The translations under genes and the position numbers were made by a program. The notes under the pieces were generated by a model, which was given only the letters and a program-made list of their open reading frames with translations, did no database searches and was not told where the DNA came from. DNA of 64,000 bases from Candidatus Omnitrophota bacterium (GTDB lineage Bacteria > Omnitrophota > Gorgyraeia > Gygaellales > Profunditerraquicolaceae), in contig JAQURC010000001.1 of NCBI GenBank assembly GCA_028715785.1, positions 204,766-268,765 of the forward strand, written 5' to 3'. Below, in pieces: positions 39,461 through 49,626 of this stretch (its first letter is position 1; every line of letters starts with the position of its first letter).

Positions 39461-40146
39461 TGATTTCTTTGATTATAAATATATTGATTTTAATAGCGGT
39501 GCTTTATTTAATTAAGTTTATGCTTATTTCCGTGATTTTTTACGCCGATATCAGGGCGGCGCAAAAAAGGGATCCGGCGGCAAAAAGTTTTATGGAGATA
39601 ATCTTGCTTTATCCCGGGCTGCACGCTTTAATTTATTATCGGCTGGCGCATTGTTTATATCAAACGCATTTATTTTTTCTGGCGCGCCTTTTATCCCAGA
39701 TTGCCCGGTTTTCTACCGGTATTGAAATCCATCCGGGGGCCAAAATCGGCAAACGGTTTTTTATCGACCATGGCTTAGGCGTGGTGATTGGGGAGACCGC
39801 GATTGTCGGAGATGATGTTTTGCTTTACCAGGGTACAACCTTGGGCGGGACTGGAATCGTTAAGGGAAAACGCCATCCTACTGTCGGCAATAATGTGGTG
39901 ATCGGAGCCGGCGCCAAAGTTTTAGGTAATATTACCATCGGAGATAATTCTTATATCGGGGCAAACGCGGTGGTGGTCAAAGATGTTCCGCCAAATTCCA
40001 CGGTTGTGGGTGTTCCCGGAAGGATTACCAAACAGGACGGCAAAAAAATGGATATTAGCCTGGACCATGTGCATATACTGGACCCGATCATGCAGTCGAT
40101 CGAAGAGCTGGAAGAGAGAATGAAGAGATTGGAAAAGAAACTATAA
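39457..40146 (+). CDS. cysE: serine O-acetyltransferase
   Basis: Left-handed beta-helix hexapeptide repeats and the SAT-type motif [14 protein letters not shown]. Confidence 0.8.
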   Translation: MMISLIINILILIAVLYLIKFMLISVIFYADIRAAQKRDPAAKSFMEIILLYPGLHALIYYRLAHCLYQTHLFFLARLLSQIARFSTGIEIHPGAKIGKRFFIDHGLGVVIGETAIVGDDVLLYQGTTLGGTGIVKGKRHPTVGNNVVIGAGAKVLGNITIGDNSYIGANAVVVKDVPPNSTVVGVPGRITKQDGKKMDISLDHVHILDPIMQSIEELEERMKRLEKKL

Positions 40147-40269
40147 ATCTTGTGTAATGTGTAAAGCGGGCGTAACGAAAGTTATGTGTAACGAAAAAAA
40201 GATCCTACATTACACAATCAATCATTACACCGACATTACACGTTACACATTTAACGTTACACGAATTTT
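40147..40269 (+). promoter_or_regulatory. dyad array of GTGTAA(C) / TTACAC half-sites between cysE and cysS
   Basis: Three GTGTAA plus one GTAAC on the left (40152-40192). Five TTACAC on the right (40210-40261). The two sets are reverse complements. Confidence 0.4.
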
Positions 40270-41682
40270 ATGCCTATTTTCATATATAATTCCCTCACAA
40301 GAAAAAAAGAAGAATTTGTCCCCTTAAAGCCAAAAGAGATTAAGATGTATGTCTGCGGCCCTACGGTTTATGATCAGCCGCATATTGGGCATGCCCGTAG
40401 CGCATATATCTTTGATGTGATCAGAAAGCATTTAATATACAGAGGATACAAGGTTAAATTTGTCAGGAATGTAACTGATGTCGATGATAAGATTATCGAT
40501 AAGGCGCAAAAAGAATTTAAGGGAGAGGACCTAAACGCAGCGGTTAAAAAGGTTTCTACCAAATACCTGGACATTTATCATGAAGATATGAAAAGCTTAG
40601 GCATCCTTGATCCGGACGTTGAACCCAGGGCAACCGAGTATGTCAGCCAAGAAAATCCTTTAATGCAGAAATTTATCGGCCAGCTTATTAATAAGGGCTG
40701 CGCTTATGTTTCTGAAGGCGATGTGTATTTTGATATCAAAAAAGCAAAGGATTATGGTAAATTATCTAACCAGGCGATAGAAAAAATGGAAGCAGGGGCA
40801 AGGATTGGCCTGGGTGAAAAAAAGAGAGACCCGCTTGATTTTGCTTTATGGAAGGCAGCTAAATCCGGAGAGCCTGCCTGGGACAGCCCCTGGGGAAAAG
40901 GCAGGCCTGGTTGGCATATCGAGTGCTCCGTAATGAGTTCGGATATCTTAGGGGATGAATTTGATATCCACGGCGGCGGCCTGGATCTTATTTTTCCTCA
41001 CCATGAAAACGAAATTGCCCAATCTGAAGCTGCGGGTAATAAATTTGCCCGCTACTGGATACATCACGGTTTACTTACTATTAATGGTCAGAAAATGGCT
41101 AAATCTTTAGGTAATTTTATTACCATAAAGGATTTTCTGGGTGAATATAAAGACGCAGATATTTTAAAATTATTCTTTTTATCCACGCATTATTTACATC
41201 CTATAGATTATAACGATAAAAAAATCGAAGAAATAAAACAAGCGCTGGACAGGATTTTAAATTTTTCCTGGAAAGCTCGTGATATATCTTATTTTGGAGC
41301 TTCTGTTAGTAATGAGATCGAAGAAATTAATGTAATCAAGAATGAGTTTGTGGAAGCCATGGATGACAATTTTAATACGCCACAAGCCATATCTTGTATA
41401 TTTAATCTAGTAAATTTGGCTTATAAAAATATGGATAACGCTGTTTTTGTTAAAACAGCTGAATACGCCTTAGTAGAATTTTCCACAATCCTAGGCCTTT
41501 CACCTGCAAAATTACAACTTCTTAACGTAGATTACGAAATTGAGTCTAAGATTCTTGAAAGAAATAAGGCGCGTAAAGAAAGGAATTTTGCTTTAGCAGA
41601 TAAGATAAGAAAAGAATTGGAAGGAAAAGGGGTCATATTAGAAGACAAGAATGATAAAACAATCTGGCGTAGAAAATTGTAG
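40270..41682 (+). CDS. cysS: cysteine-tRNA ligase
   Basis: HIGH motif as HIGHARS, KMSKS motif as KMAKS and zinc-binding cysteines. Confidence 0.9.
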   Translation: MPIFIYNSLTRKKEEFVPLKPKEIKMYVCGPTVYDQPHIGHARSAYIFDVIRKHLIYRGYKVKFVRNVTDVDDKIIDKAQKEFKGEDLNAAVKKVSTKYLDIYHEDMKSLGILDPDVEPRATEYVSQENPLMQKFIGQLINKGCAYVSEGDVYFDIKKAKDYGKLSNQAIEKMEAGARIGLGEKKRDPLDFALWKAAKSGEPAWDSPWGKGRPGWHIECSVMSSDILGDEFDIHGGGLDLIFPHHENEIAQSEAAGNKFARYWIHHGLLTINGQKMAKSLGNFITIKDFLGEYKDADILKLFFLSTHYLHPIDYNDKKIEEIKQALDRILNFSWKARDISYFGASVSNEIEEINVIKNEFVEAMDDNFNTPQAISCIFNLVNLAYKNMDNAVFVKTAEYALVEFSTILGLSPAKLQLLNVDYEIESKILERNKARKERNFALADKIRKELEGKGVILEDKNDKTIWRRKL

Positions 41683-41702
41683 TGCCTGACTTGGTTTGTT
41701 TC

Positions 41703-41840
41703 GGAGCGCACGTGAGAATTTTGCGCGGGCACGGTTGCCCTTGATAAATGTCTCGGCAGAGCGCAAAATTCTGGCCGAGCGAAGATTTTCCACTCTGGGG
41801 AAAATCGAGCGGTGCGCGGAGAAACAAAACAAGGCAGACG
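41703..41840 (+). repeat. structured intergenic repeat, copy B
   Basis: Core conserved with copies A and C. Left stem GCGCA…TGCGC, where copy A has GCTCGAA…TTCGAGC. Confidence 0.6.
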
Positions 41841-41859
41841 CTGGAGGGAAGATTGAGAT

Positions 41860-42468
41860 ATGAAAGGTAAATTCATTACATTCGAAGGGTCGGAGGGCTG
41901 CGGCAAAAGCACGCAGTCAAAGATGCTTTTTAGCCACCTTAAATCCAAAGGTTTAAGGGTTACCTATCTGCGCGAGCCCGGCGGCGTAAAGGTAAGCGAG
42001 ATCATTAGAAAAATCCTGCTTGATTCCAAAAATAAAATATCTCCTTTAGCCGAAACCTTGCTTTATATGGCGGCCCGCGCCCAGGTGGTTGAAGAAATTA
42101 TTAAACCCGCGCTTATCGCCGGGAAAATTGTTGTCTGCGACCGGTTCATGGATTCGACGATTGCTTATCAGGGTTATGGTTTAGGCATCGATATAAAACT
42201 GATTAAATCAATCGGTAATTTTGCCACCCAAGGCATAGCGCCGGATTTGACTATTTTTTTAGACCTGCCGGTTAAAAGCGGGCTGAAATACCGGCATAAT
42301 TGCAAAGATCGTATCGAGCAGCGCTCGGTTAGTTATCATGAAAAAGTAAGGAAAGGGTATCTGGCGCTGGCTAAAGGCCAGCCGCAAAGGATAAAAATCG
42401 TCAAGGTCCAGGAAGATAAATTTAAGACGCAAGAGAAGATCAGGGAGATCGTCAATGCGCTTTGCTGA
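41860..42468 (+). CDS. tmk: thymidylate kinase
   Basis: P-loop FEGSEGCGKST and a DRF/Y motif. Confidence 0.85.
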   Translation: MKGKFITFEGSEGCGKSTQSKMLFSHLKSKGLRVTYLREPGGVKVSEIIRKILLDSKNKISPLAETLLYMAARAQVVEEIIKPALIAGKIVVCDRFMDSTIAYQGYGLGIDIKLIKSIGNFATQGIAPDLTIFLDLPVKSGLKYRHNCKDRIEQRSVSYHEKVRKGYLALAKGQPQRIKIVKVQEDKFKTQEKIREIVNALC

Positions 42469-43414
42469 TATTTTAGGGCACCAAAAACCTTTAGCGATAA
42501 TCAACGCTTATATCCAAGGCTCCGGTTTTTCCGGAGGATTTATTTTTAGCGGGCCGGAGGGGATCGGCAAGCGGATGGTCGCTAAAATGGTTGCCCAAAA
42601 ATTAAACTGTACGGCTCAAACTGATAAACCCTGCGGCCTCTGCGATTCATGCCGCAAGATCGAAAATTCAGGGCATCCGGATTTGCATATTATCGAAAAC
42701 GGCGAAGCGCAAATAAAGATCGAAGATATCCGCGGTATTTTGCGGGAGGCAAGTTTTAAGCCGTATGAAGGGGCAATGAAGGTTTTTATTATCGATAACG
42801 CCCATAAACTTAATACCGAATCAGCCAATTCTTTACTGAAAATACTGGAGGAGCCTCCTAAGAGCACGTTGATTATTTTAATCACCCATAAACCGCAGAA
42901 TATTATCAAGACCGTGCTTAGCCGCTGCAAGGTGGTCAAGTTTGCTCCTTTGGTCAGGGCAGAACTTGAGGATTTTTTGATTAAAGATCATTCCCTGGAT
43001 AAACTTAGCGCGCATTTTCTTGCTTATTATGCCGAAGGCAGATTAGGTCTGGCCTTGAAACTCAAGGATTCTTTGCAATTGCAGGAGAAAAACAAAATAT
43101 TTAATTCCTTTGTGCTTTCCGCAAAACCCCTTGATCGTAACTTGATGGGGCAAACTAAAGAGCAGTTGCGTTTTTCCTTGAATATTCTTGCTTCCTGGTT
43201 CAGGGACCTGTATCTGCTTAAGGCGGGCTTGCCGGATAAAGAAATAATCCATCTAGACCGCCGGGAGGATTTATTAAAATTAATTCCTAAATTTTCATTT
43301 AAAGAACTTGATAATATTATGGCAGCTATTTCAGAGAGCACCCTGTATTTGGAAAGAAATATCAACAGCAAATTACTTTTGCACAACTTAGGAGCGCAAC
43401 TATGGAAGGCATGA
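42455..43414 (+). CDS. holB: DNA polymerase III subunit delta'
   Basis: Degenerate Walker A GPEGIGK, a zinc module CGLCDSC and the SRC motif. Confidence 0.8.
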   Translation: MRFADILGHQKPLAIINAYIQGSGFSGGFIFSGPEGIGKRMVAKMVAQKLNCTAQTDKPCGLCDSCRKIENSGHPDLHIIENGEAQIKIEDIRGILREASFKPYEGAMKVFIIDNAHKLNTESANSLLKILEEPPKSTLIILITHKPQNIIKTVLSRCKVVKFAPLVRAELEDFLIKDHSLDKLSAHFLAYYAEGRLGLALKLKDSLQLQEKNKIFNSFVLSAKPLDRNLMGQTKEQLRFSLNILASWFRDLYLLKAGLPDKEIIHLDRREDLLKLIPKFSFKELDNIMAAISESTLYLERNINSKLLLHNLGAQLWKA

Positions 43415-44214
43415 TTTTAGTCCAACTCAGGAATTCCGGCCTGGTCCAGCTTTATCATGCCGGGAATTTAATTTTAAAAGCCGGGGATTGCGTGATTGTC
43501 GAGTGCGACCGGGGCCTAGACTATGGAAGCGTTGTTTTACCGGGGCATGCCCGTTGCTGCGCCGTCGAAGAAGGCGGCGCAAAAGAGCCGCCGAAAAAAA
43601 TAATCCGCCTGGCCAGGGAAAGCGACCTCAAGCAGATTGAAGATAACACCATTAAAGCCAAAGAAGCGTATAGCGTTTGCGAAAAAAAGATACTGGAACA
43701 TAAATTGGAGATGAAGCTGGTGAAGGCGGAGTATTCCTTTGACCGCTCCAAAATTTTATTTTACTTTACTTCCGACGGCAGGGTGGATTTCCGTAACTTG
43801 GTCAAGGACCTGGCGAAAATGTTTAAGGCGCGCATCGAATTAAGGCAGATCGGGGTCAGGGATGAAGCCCGGCTTTTTGGCGGATACGGCTCATGCGGCC
43901 GCGAGCTTTGCTGCAAAAAATTCCTCAAAGATTTTGAGCCGGTAACCATCAAGATGGCCAAAGAAGAAGGGCTGCCGTTAAACCCTCCCAAAATTTCGGG
44001 CTTATGCGGCCGGCTGATGTGCTGCCTTTCCTATGAATATGAAACCTACAAGCTGCTTTCAAAAGGCCTGCCGCACGAAGGAGAGCATGTAACTACCCCC
44101 CAGGGCAAAGGCAAGGTTGTCAGCATTAATGTTTTTAAGCGGGTAGTCGGCGTAGAGCTTGAAGAAGGCGGTTATCTTGAAGTAAGCTATAAAGAAAAAG
44201 AGCATGGCAAATAA
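43402..44214 (+). CDS. PSP1 domain protein (RicT/YaaT-like)
   Basis: PSP1 C-terminal domain and cysteine cluster CGRELCC…CGRLMCC. Follows holB as in Bacillus. Confidence 0.75.
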   Translation: MEGMILVQLRNSGLVQLYHAGNLILKAGDCVIVECDRGLDYGSVVLPGHARCCAVEEGGAKEPPKKIIRLARESDLKQIEDNTIKAKEAYSVCEKKILEHKLEMKLVKAEYSFDRSKILFYFTSDGRVDFRNLVKDLAKMFKARIELRQIGVRDEARLFGGYGSCGRELCCKKFLKDFEPVTIKMAKEEGLPLNPPKISGLCGRLMCCLSYEYETYKLLSKGLPHEGEHVTTPQGKGKVVSINVFKRVVGVELEEGGYLEVSYKEKEHGK

Positions 44215-45739
44215 ATTTTATATTACCACTCCTATTTATTATGTGAATGCTTCTCCGCACATCGGCCATTCATACACTAATATTGCCGCAGATACCCTGG
44301 CCCGCTATAACCGCAATATCCTGGGAAAAGAAAATGTCTGGTTTCTTACCGGAACCGATGAACACGGACAGAAGATCAAAAAAGCAGCGGATGAGGCCAA
44401 ACTTGCCCCGATCGAATTCGTCGATAAAGTAGTGATCCAGTTCAGGGATTTGTGGAAGAAGCTTGAGATATCCAACGATGACTTTATCCGCACAACCCAG
44501 GACAGGCATATTAAATTCGTGCAAAAGTCGCTTCAGATCGTCTATGATAAAGGGGATATTTACGAGGGTAAATACGAAGGCTGGTATTGCACTCCCTGTG
44601 AAACATTCTGGCCGCTTTCGCAGATTACCGATAATCTTTGCCCGGACTGCCACCGCCCGCTTGAGAAGATCAGCGAAACTAATTTTTTCTTTAAGTTATC
44701 AAAATACCAGGACTGGCTGATTAAATATATTAAAGATACCGATAAGAATCCCGAACGGATCCATTATATTCAGCCGGTCTCCAGAAGGAACGAGGTTTTA
44801 GGGTTTTTAGAGAATAATAAATTAGAGGATCTTTGTATATCCCGGCCGGTTGAGCGGCTAAGTTGGGGAATCCCCCTGCCGTTTAGCCCAAAGCATGTTA
44901 CCTATGTCTGGTTTGACGCCCTGATTAATTATATCAGCGCCGTCGGCGAATTTGACAGCCAGAATATCTATCGCTCCGACTGGTGGGATAAGGATGTTAA
45001 GGTGGTGCAGCTTTTGGGTAAAGATATTTTAAGGCATCATGCGATTTACTGGCCGATTATGCTGGAGGCTTTGGGGATCAGGCAGCCGGATACGATTTTT
45101 GCCCATGGCTGGTGGATGATCAATGAAGACAAGATGTCCAAATCGCGCGGCAATGTGGTTAATCCGGTGGAGATGGTCGATAAATTCGGCATTGATGTCT
45201 ACCGGTATTTTCTTTTGCGCGATGTGCCGTTTGGTTTAGACGGGAACTTTTCCGAAGAGGCGATAATCAAGAGATTTAACGGTGACCTGGCCAATGACCT
45301 GGGCAATCTTATTTATCGCACGCTGACGATGGTTGAAAAATACTACGCGGGTAAAATCCCGGATTTGGATATTGAGAATACCATTTATGATCAGAGCGGG
45401 GAGGTGATAAAAGAAAAATTGGCAGGTTTGTCAAAGGAAGTTTCTCTGCCACTTAGCTGGGGAAATGATTTTAGTCTGGCCCTTGAAAAAATTTGGGAGC
45501 TAATCGGCATCACCAATAAATATGTTGAGCAGACCAAGCCCTGGAATTTAGTTAAAGAAGAAAAAGATGAAGAGCTCAAGAGGTTTATTTATTTATTGGT
45601 TTACGCGATTCGAAAGATCGGCCGCCAAATCGCTCCGTTTATGCCAAAGACCGCGGAGTCGATTATTCTGCAGTTAGGCGGCGCGGAGATTAAAAAAGGC
45701 GCCCCATTATTTCCGCGCATTGAAATTAAAAAGAAATAA
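44204..45739 (+). CDS. metG: methionine-tRNA ligase (short form)
   Basis: HIGH motif as HIGHSYT, KMSKS motif and a CxxC…CxxC zinc knuckle. Confidence 0.9.
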   Translation: MANKFYITTPIYYVNASPHIGHSYTNIAADTLARYNRNILGKENVWFLTGTDEHGQKIKKAADEAKLAPIEFVDKVVIQFRDLWKKLEISNDDFIRTTQDRHIKFVQKSLQIVYDKGDIYEGKYEGWYCTPCETFWPLSQITDNLCPDCHRPLEKISETNFFFKLSKYQDWLIKYIKDTDKNPERIHYIQPVSRRNEVLGFLENNKLEDLCISRPVERLSWGIPLPFSPKHVTYVWFDALINYISAVGEFDSQNIYRSDWWDKDVKVVQLLGKDILRHHAIYWPIMLEALGIRQPDTIFAHGWWMINEDKMSKSRGNVVNPVEMVDKFGIDVYRYFLLRDVPFGLDGNFSEEAIIKRFNGDLANDLGNLIYRTLTMVEKYYAGKIPDLDIENTIYDQSGEVIKEKLAGLSKEVSLPLSWGNDFSLALEKIWELIGITNKYVEQTKPWNLVKEEKDEELKRFIYLLVYAIRKIGRQIAPFMPKTAESIILQLGGAEIKKGAPLFPRIEIKKK

Positions 45740-45750
45740 GTTCTGTTTTT

Positions 45751-46512
45751 ATGTTAATTGACACGCATTGCCATCTTGATTTTCCTCCCTTTGACCCGGA
45801 TCGCGACGCGGTTATCCAGCGGGCAAAAGCAATGGGGATCGCTTATTTTATCAATATTGGTTCAACGTTAGAATCTTCAACTGCTTCCTGCGCATTGGCG
45901 CAGAAGTATGGGGAGGTTTATGCCAGTGTGGGAGTGCATCCGCATGATGCCGATACTTTTAACTCGCAGGCAGAGGATAAATTAAAAAGTTTAGCGCAAA
46001 AGAATAAGGTAATTGCCATCGGAGAAACCGGCTTGGATTATTACCGCAACTTATCCAGCCAGGATAATCAAAAACAGGCATTTATCAAACAGATTGAGTT
46101 AGCCAAAGATTTAAAGCTGCCGCTGGTGATCCACTGCCGGCAGGCGGAGAAGGACACACTGCAAATTTTAAAAACCGCGCTGCCGCTTCGGGCAGTGGTG
46201 CACTGTTTTTCCGGCGATGAAAATTTTCTGCGAGAATGTTTAGGCGCAGGATTTTTTATTTCTTTTACTTGCAATATTACTTATAAAAAAGCTCAAGGCC
46301 TACGAGATATGGTTAGGTTGGTTCCGCTTGATCGGTTAATGCTTGAGACTGACGCGCCGTATTTATCGCCGGAAGGTTTCCGGGGAAAACGCAACGAGCC
46401 GCTTCAGATAAAATTACTGGCAGAAGAGGTCAGCCGGCTCAAGGGGGCCAGTTTTGCCGAAATCGCGGAGAAAACTACCCAAAATGCAAAGGAATTCTTT
46501 AAATTACCATGA
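45751..46512 (+). CDS. tatD: TatD family metal-dependent hydrolase
   Basis: N-terminus MLIDTHCHLD and downstream His/Asp metal ligands. Confidence 0.85.
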   Translation: MLIDTHCHLDFPPFDPDRDAVIQRAKAMGIAYFINIGSTLESSTASCALAQKYGEVYASVGVHPHDADTFNSQAEDKLKSLAQKNKVIAIGETGLDYYRNLSSQDNQKQAFIKQIELAKDLKLPLVIHCRQAEKDTLQILKTALPLRAVVHCFSGDENFLRECLGAGFFISFTCNITYKKAQGLRDMVRLVPLDRLMLETDAPYLSPEGFRGKRNEPLQIKLLAEEVSRLKGASFAEIAEKTTQNAKEFFKLP

Positions 46513-47684
46513 GAATAAAAGGGGACGGTTCTATCAGACGGTTTTATGAAGAAGAGAACCGTCCCCTTTATTCTAAAGTTTCCGTGGTTAAATGCGCCGG
46601 TTATGAACCGGCAGGCGTTGAGCTGGCGGTAAGGAATACAGTTAATCTCTTGGGCGGGATTACTAATTTTATTAAACCCGGCTCACGCGTATTGGTCAAG
46701 CCTAATCTTTTGATGTCTAAAGGGCCGGAGTGCGCTATTACCACTCATCCCGAAGTAGTCAGGGCGGTCATTCATATATTAAAGGAAATAAACTGCCAGG
46801 TTATTGCCGGCGACGGCCCGAGCGTCTGGGGTAAGTATATTGAAAATGTGGACCAGGTATATGATCTAACCGGCATAAGAAAAGTTTGCCGGGAGGAGGA
46901 TGTGCGCCTGGTTACTTTTGATAAACGCAGGATGCGCGCAAAATTTCCGCTGACAACCTGGCTTGATGAATGCGATCATTTGATCAGCCTGCCTAAATTT
47001 AAAACCCATGAGTTTACTTTGCTTACCGGAGCAATCAAGAATCTTTTTGGCCTGGTCTCCGGAACTTACAAAACCGAGCTGCATAAGGATTATTTTGAGC
47101 CGCCTGAATTTGCCAAGATCCTGGTGGATATATATCAGGAGGCCAGGCCCGCCCTGACGATTATCGACGGGATATTAGCCATGGAAGGGGATGGCCCGGC
47201 AACCAGCGGAAAACTTCGTGCGCTTGGCCTTTTATTAGGCGGTGCGGATTGCGTGGCTCTGGATACGGTGATGGCCAAAATTATGGGGATTAGCAATCAG
47301 GAGGTTTTAGCGACAAAAGAGGCAGCCCGGCGCGGCTTAGGGGAAAATCAGCTTAGCCGGATCAAGATCGAGGGAGAGGATATTGATAAATTAAATATCC
47401 GGCCGTTTATCCTTCCGGTAAATTCGGTAAAAATAAATAAGCTGCCGCTGGCGGTTAAAAAGATACTTAAAAGCCTGATCAGGTATTATCCTTATTGCCT
47501 GGATCCAAAATGCATCCACTGCGGCCGCTGCGTTAAAGTTTGCCCGCGCCAGTGTATTCGTCTTTCCGCCCGCATTCATTTTGATTATAAAAAATGTATT
47601 GCCTGTTTCTGCTGCCAGGAGAGCTGTCCGGAAGCAGCCATCGGCGTAAAGAAGAGTATCCTGGCTAAAATTATAGGACTATAA
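46509..47684 (+). CDS. DUF362 domain protein with C-terminal 4Fe-4S ferredoxin domain; N-terminus uncertain because a REP hairpin occupies codons 4-20
   Basis: DUF362 consensus begins near SKVSVVKC. Two CxxCxxCxxxCP clusters. Alternative GTG start near 46577. Confidence 0.55.
   Translation: MRIKGDGSIRRFYEEENRPLYSKVSVVKCAGYEPAGVELAVRNTVNLLGGITNFIKPGSRVLVKPNLLMSKGPECAITTHPEVVRAVIHILKEINCQVIAGDGPSVWGKYIENVDQVYDLTGIRKVCREEDVRLVTFDKRRMRAKFPLTTWLDECDHLISLPKFKTHEFTLLTGAIKNLFGLVSGTYKTELHKDYFEPPEFAKILVDIYQEARPALTIIDGILAMEGDGPATSGKLRALGLLLGGADCVALDTVMAKIMGISNQEVLATKEAARRGLGENQLSRIKIEGEDIDKLNIRPFILPVNSVKINKLPLAVKKILKSLIRYYPYCLDPKCIHCGRCVKVCPRQCIRLSARIHFDYKKCIACFCCQESCPEAAIGVKKSILAKIIGL
46521..46566 (+). 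repeat. REP-like palindrome (variant copy)
   Basis: GGGGACGGTTCTATC…AGAACCGTCCCC. Arms identical to the REPs flanking the transposase at 51960. Confidence 0.6.
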
Positions 47685-48739
47685 TGTATATCCGCACAAT
47701 AGACTGGAAGAATAATAAAATCAGGTTGATCGATCAAACCAAGCTACCGCGCAAGTTGGCTTATCTTGATATTGATAACTTAAAAAATTTATGGCAGGCA
47801 ATAAAAATAATGCAGGTGCGCGGTGCTCCGGCATTGGGGGCAGCTGCCGGTTTGGGAATGTACTTAGGAATCAAAGATTATCCGGGCTCTGACTGGTCGG
47901 GATTTAGCCGCAGGTTGAATAAAGCGGCTGGATATATCGCCAGTTCCCGCCCGACAGCCAGGAATTTATTCTGGGGTATTGAAAGGATTTGCCGGATTGC
48001 TGAAAATAATAAAAAGCAGCTAATCCCTAAGATTAAAAAAATTATTCTTTCCGAAGCCAAAAAGATTATGCGGGAGGATATGGTTTCCTGCCGTAAAATC
48101 GGCGCCTGTGGGGCAAAGTTACTTAAAGATAGCAGCACGGTTTTGACAATCTGTAATGCCGGAATACTGGCGACCATTGATTATGGCACCGCTTTGGGAG
48201 TAATTTACCGGGCTAAGGAAGAGGGCAAGAAAATAAAAGTTTTTTCCTGTGAAACGCGGCCTTTATTGCAGGGGGCGCGTTTGTCCGTCTGGGAATTGCA
48301 TCAGAAAGGCGTGGATGTGACGATGATCGCCGATAATACCGCAGCCTGGCTTATGCGTAACGGAGAGATCGACGCGGTGATTGCCGGCGCAGACCGGATT
48401 GCCGCCAACGGGGATTCCGCCAATAAGATCGGCACTTTGAATCTGGCGATCCTATGTAAATACCACAAGATACCTTTTTATATCGCAGCGCCCAAGAGCA
48501 CATTTGATTTAAAGATAAAAAATGGCCATAGTATTGAGATTGAAATGCGCAAAGCAGAAGAGGTGAGTAAAATTTTACTGAAGAAAGATATTGCTCCGTT
48601 TGGGGTTAAGGTATTAAATCCTGCTTTTGACGTTACGCCCCACCAGTTAATCAGCGCGCTGATCACGGATAGAGGAGTTATTCGGCGGCCTTATTTTAAA
48701 AATATCAGGAAAATTTTGGAGAGAGAAAAATGCGTTTAA
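47684..48739 (+). CDS. mtnA: S-methyl-5-thioribose-1-phosphate isomerase (eIF-2B alpha/beta/delta family)
   Basis: Family motifs RGAPALG and AGADRIAANGD. Confidence 0.8.
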   Translation: MYIRTIDWKNNKIRLIDQTKLPRKLAYLDIDNLKNLWQAIKIMQVRGAPALGAAAGLGMYLGIKDYPGSDWSGFSRRLNKAAGYIASSRPTARNLFWGIERICRIAENNKKQLIPKIKKIILSEAKKIMREDMVSCRKIGACGAKLLKDSSTVLTICNAGILATIDYGTALGVIYRAKEEGKKIKVFSCETRPLLQGARLSVWELHQKGVDVTMIADNTAAWLMRNGEIDAVIAGADRIAANGDSANKIGTLNLAILCKYHKIPFYIAAPKSTFDLKIKNGHSIEIEMRKAEEVSKILLKKDIAPFGVKVLNPAFDVTPHQLISALITDRGVIRRPYFKNIRKILEREKCV

Positions 48740-49626
48740 AAGAGATTGGCGAATTTGGGTTAATTAAGAGGTTCCAAAAGAAAATCAAGACCGACTCTTC
48801 GGTGGTTGCAGGCAGCGGAGATGATTGCGCGGTCTTAAAATTAGATAAGAATAAATACCAATTATTCACCACTGATATGATCGTTGAGGGGGTAGATTTT
48901 AGAAAAAATGATAATCTGGAGCTTGTGGGAAGAAAGGCTTTGGCTATTTCAATCAGCGATATTGCCGCCTGCGCCGGCCTGCCCAGACATGCGGTAGTCT
49001 CCCTTGGCCTGCACAAAAATATGCAAGTTGACCAGATTGACCTGTTGGCCCGGGGTTTATGCGATCTGGCAAAAAAATTCAAGATCAATATTGTCGGAGG
49101 CGACATCAGCGCGGCGGATAAATTGATCATTAATGTCAGTATGCTGGGTGAGGTTGAAAAAAATAAGCTCTGCCTGCGCCGCGGCGCCAAGGTTGGCGAT
49201 ATAATTATGGTTACCGGTGAATTTGGGGGATCAATCAAAGGAAAGCATTTGAAATTTACCCCCCGCCTGAAAGAGGCGCGTTTTCTGGCGGATAATTTTA
49301 AAATTAACGCGATGATCGATGTTTCCGACGGGTTAATCCAGGATTTGGGGCACATTTTAGAGCAGAGCGCGGTAGGGGCGGTTTTGTATGAAAGCCTTAT
49401 TCCGCTAAGCGCGGCGGCAGAGGGCGTTACGGATGCGCTTTGTTCAGGCGAGGAGTTTGAATTGCTTTTTACCGCATCCAGGGATTGGGTCAATAAAATT
49501 ATCAAGAGCTCCAAATATCATTTTAAAGTTATCGGTGAAATCATGCCGGAAGCGTTTGGCTTAAGGTTGATTGACCTTAACAATAAATATTCTAAACTTA
49601 AACCTCAAGGCTACCGGCATTTCTAA
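48730..49626 (+). CDS. thiL: thiamine-monophosphate kinase
   Basis: AIR-synthase-related fold. N-terminus EFGLIKRF…GDDCAVL. Confidence 0.8.
   Translation: MRLKEIGEFGLIKRFQKKIKTDSSVVAGSGDDCAVLKLDKNKYQLFTTDMIVEGVDFRKNDNLELVGRKALAISISDIAACAGLPRHAVVSLGLHKNMQVDQIDLLARGLCDLAKKFKINIVGGDISAADKLIINVSMLGEVEKNKLCLRRGAKVGDIIMVTGEFGGSIKGKHLKFTPRLKEARFLADNFKINAMIDVSDGLIQDLGHILEQSAVGAVLYESLIPLSAAAEGVTDALCSGEEFELLFTASRDWVNKIIKSSKYHFKVIGEIMPEAFGLRLIDLNNKYSKLKPQGYRHF

Noticed and set aside
40147-40269. T-box leader or other known riboswitch upstream of cysS
   Set aside because: There is no T-box consensus (AATTAGGGTGGTACCGCG), specifier loop or antiterminator. The region is better described as a hexamer dyad array.
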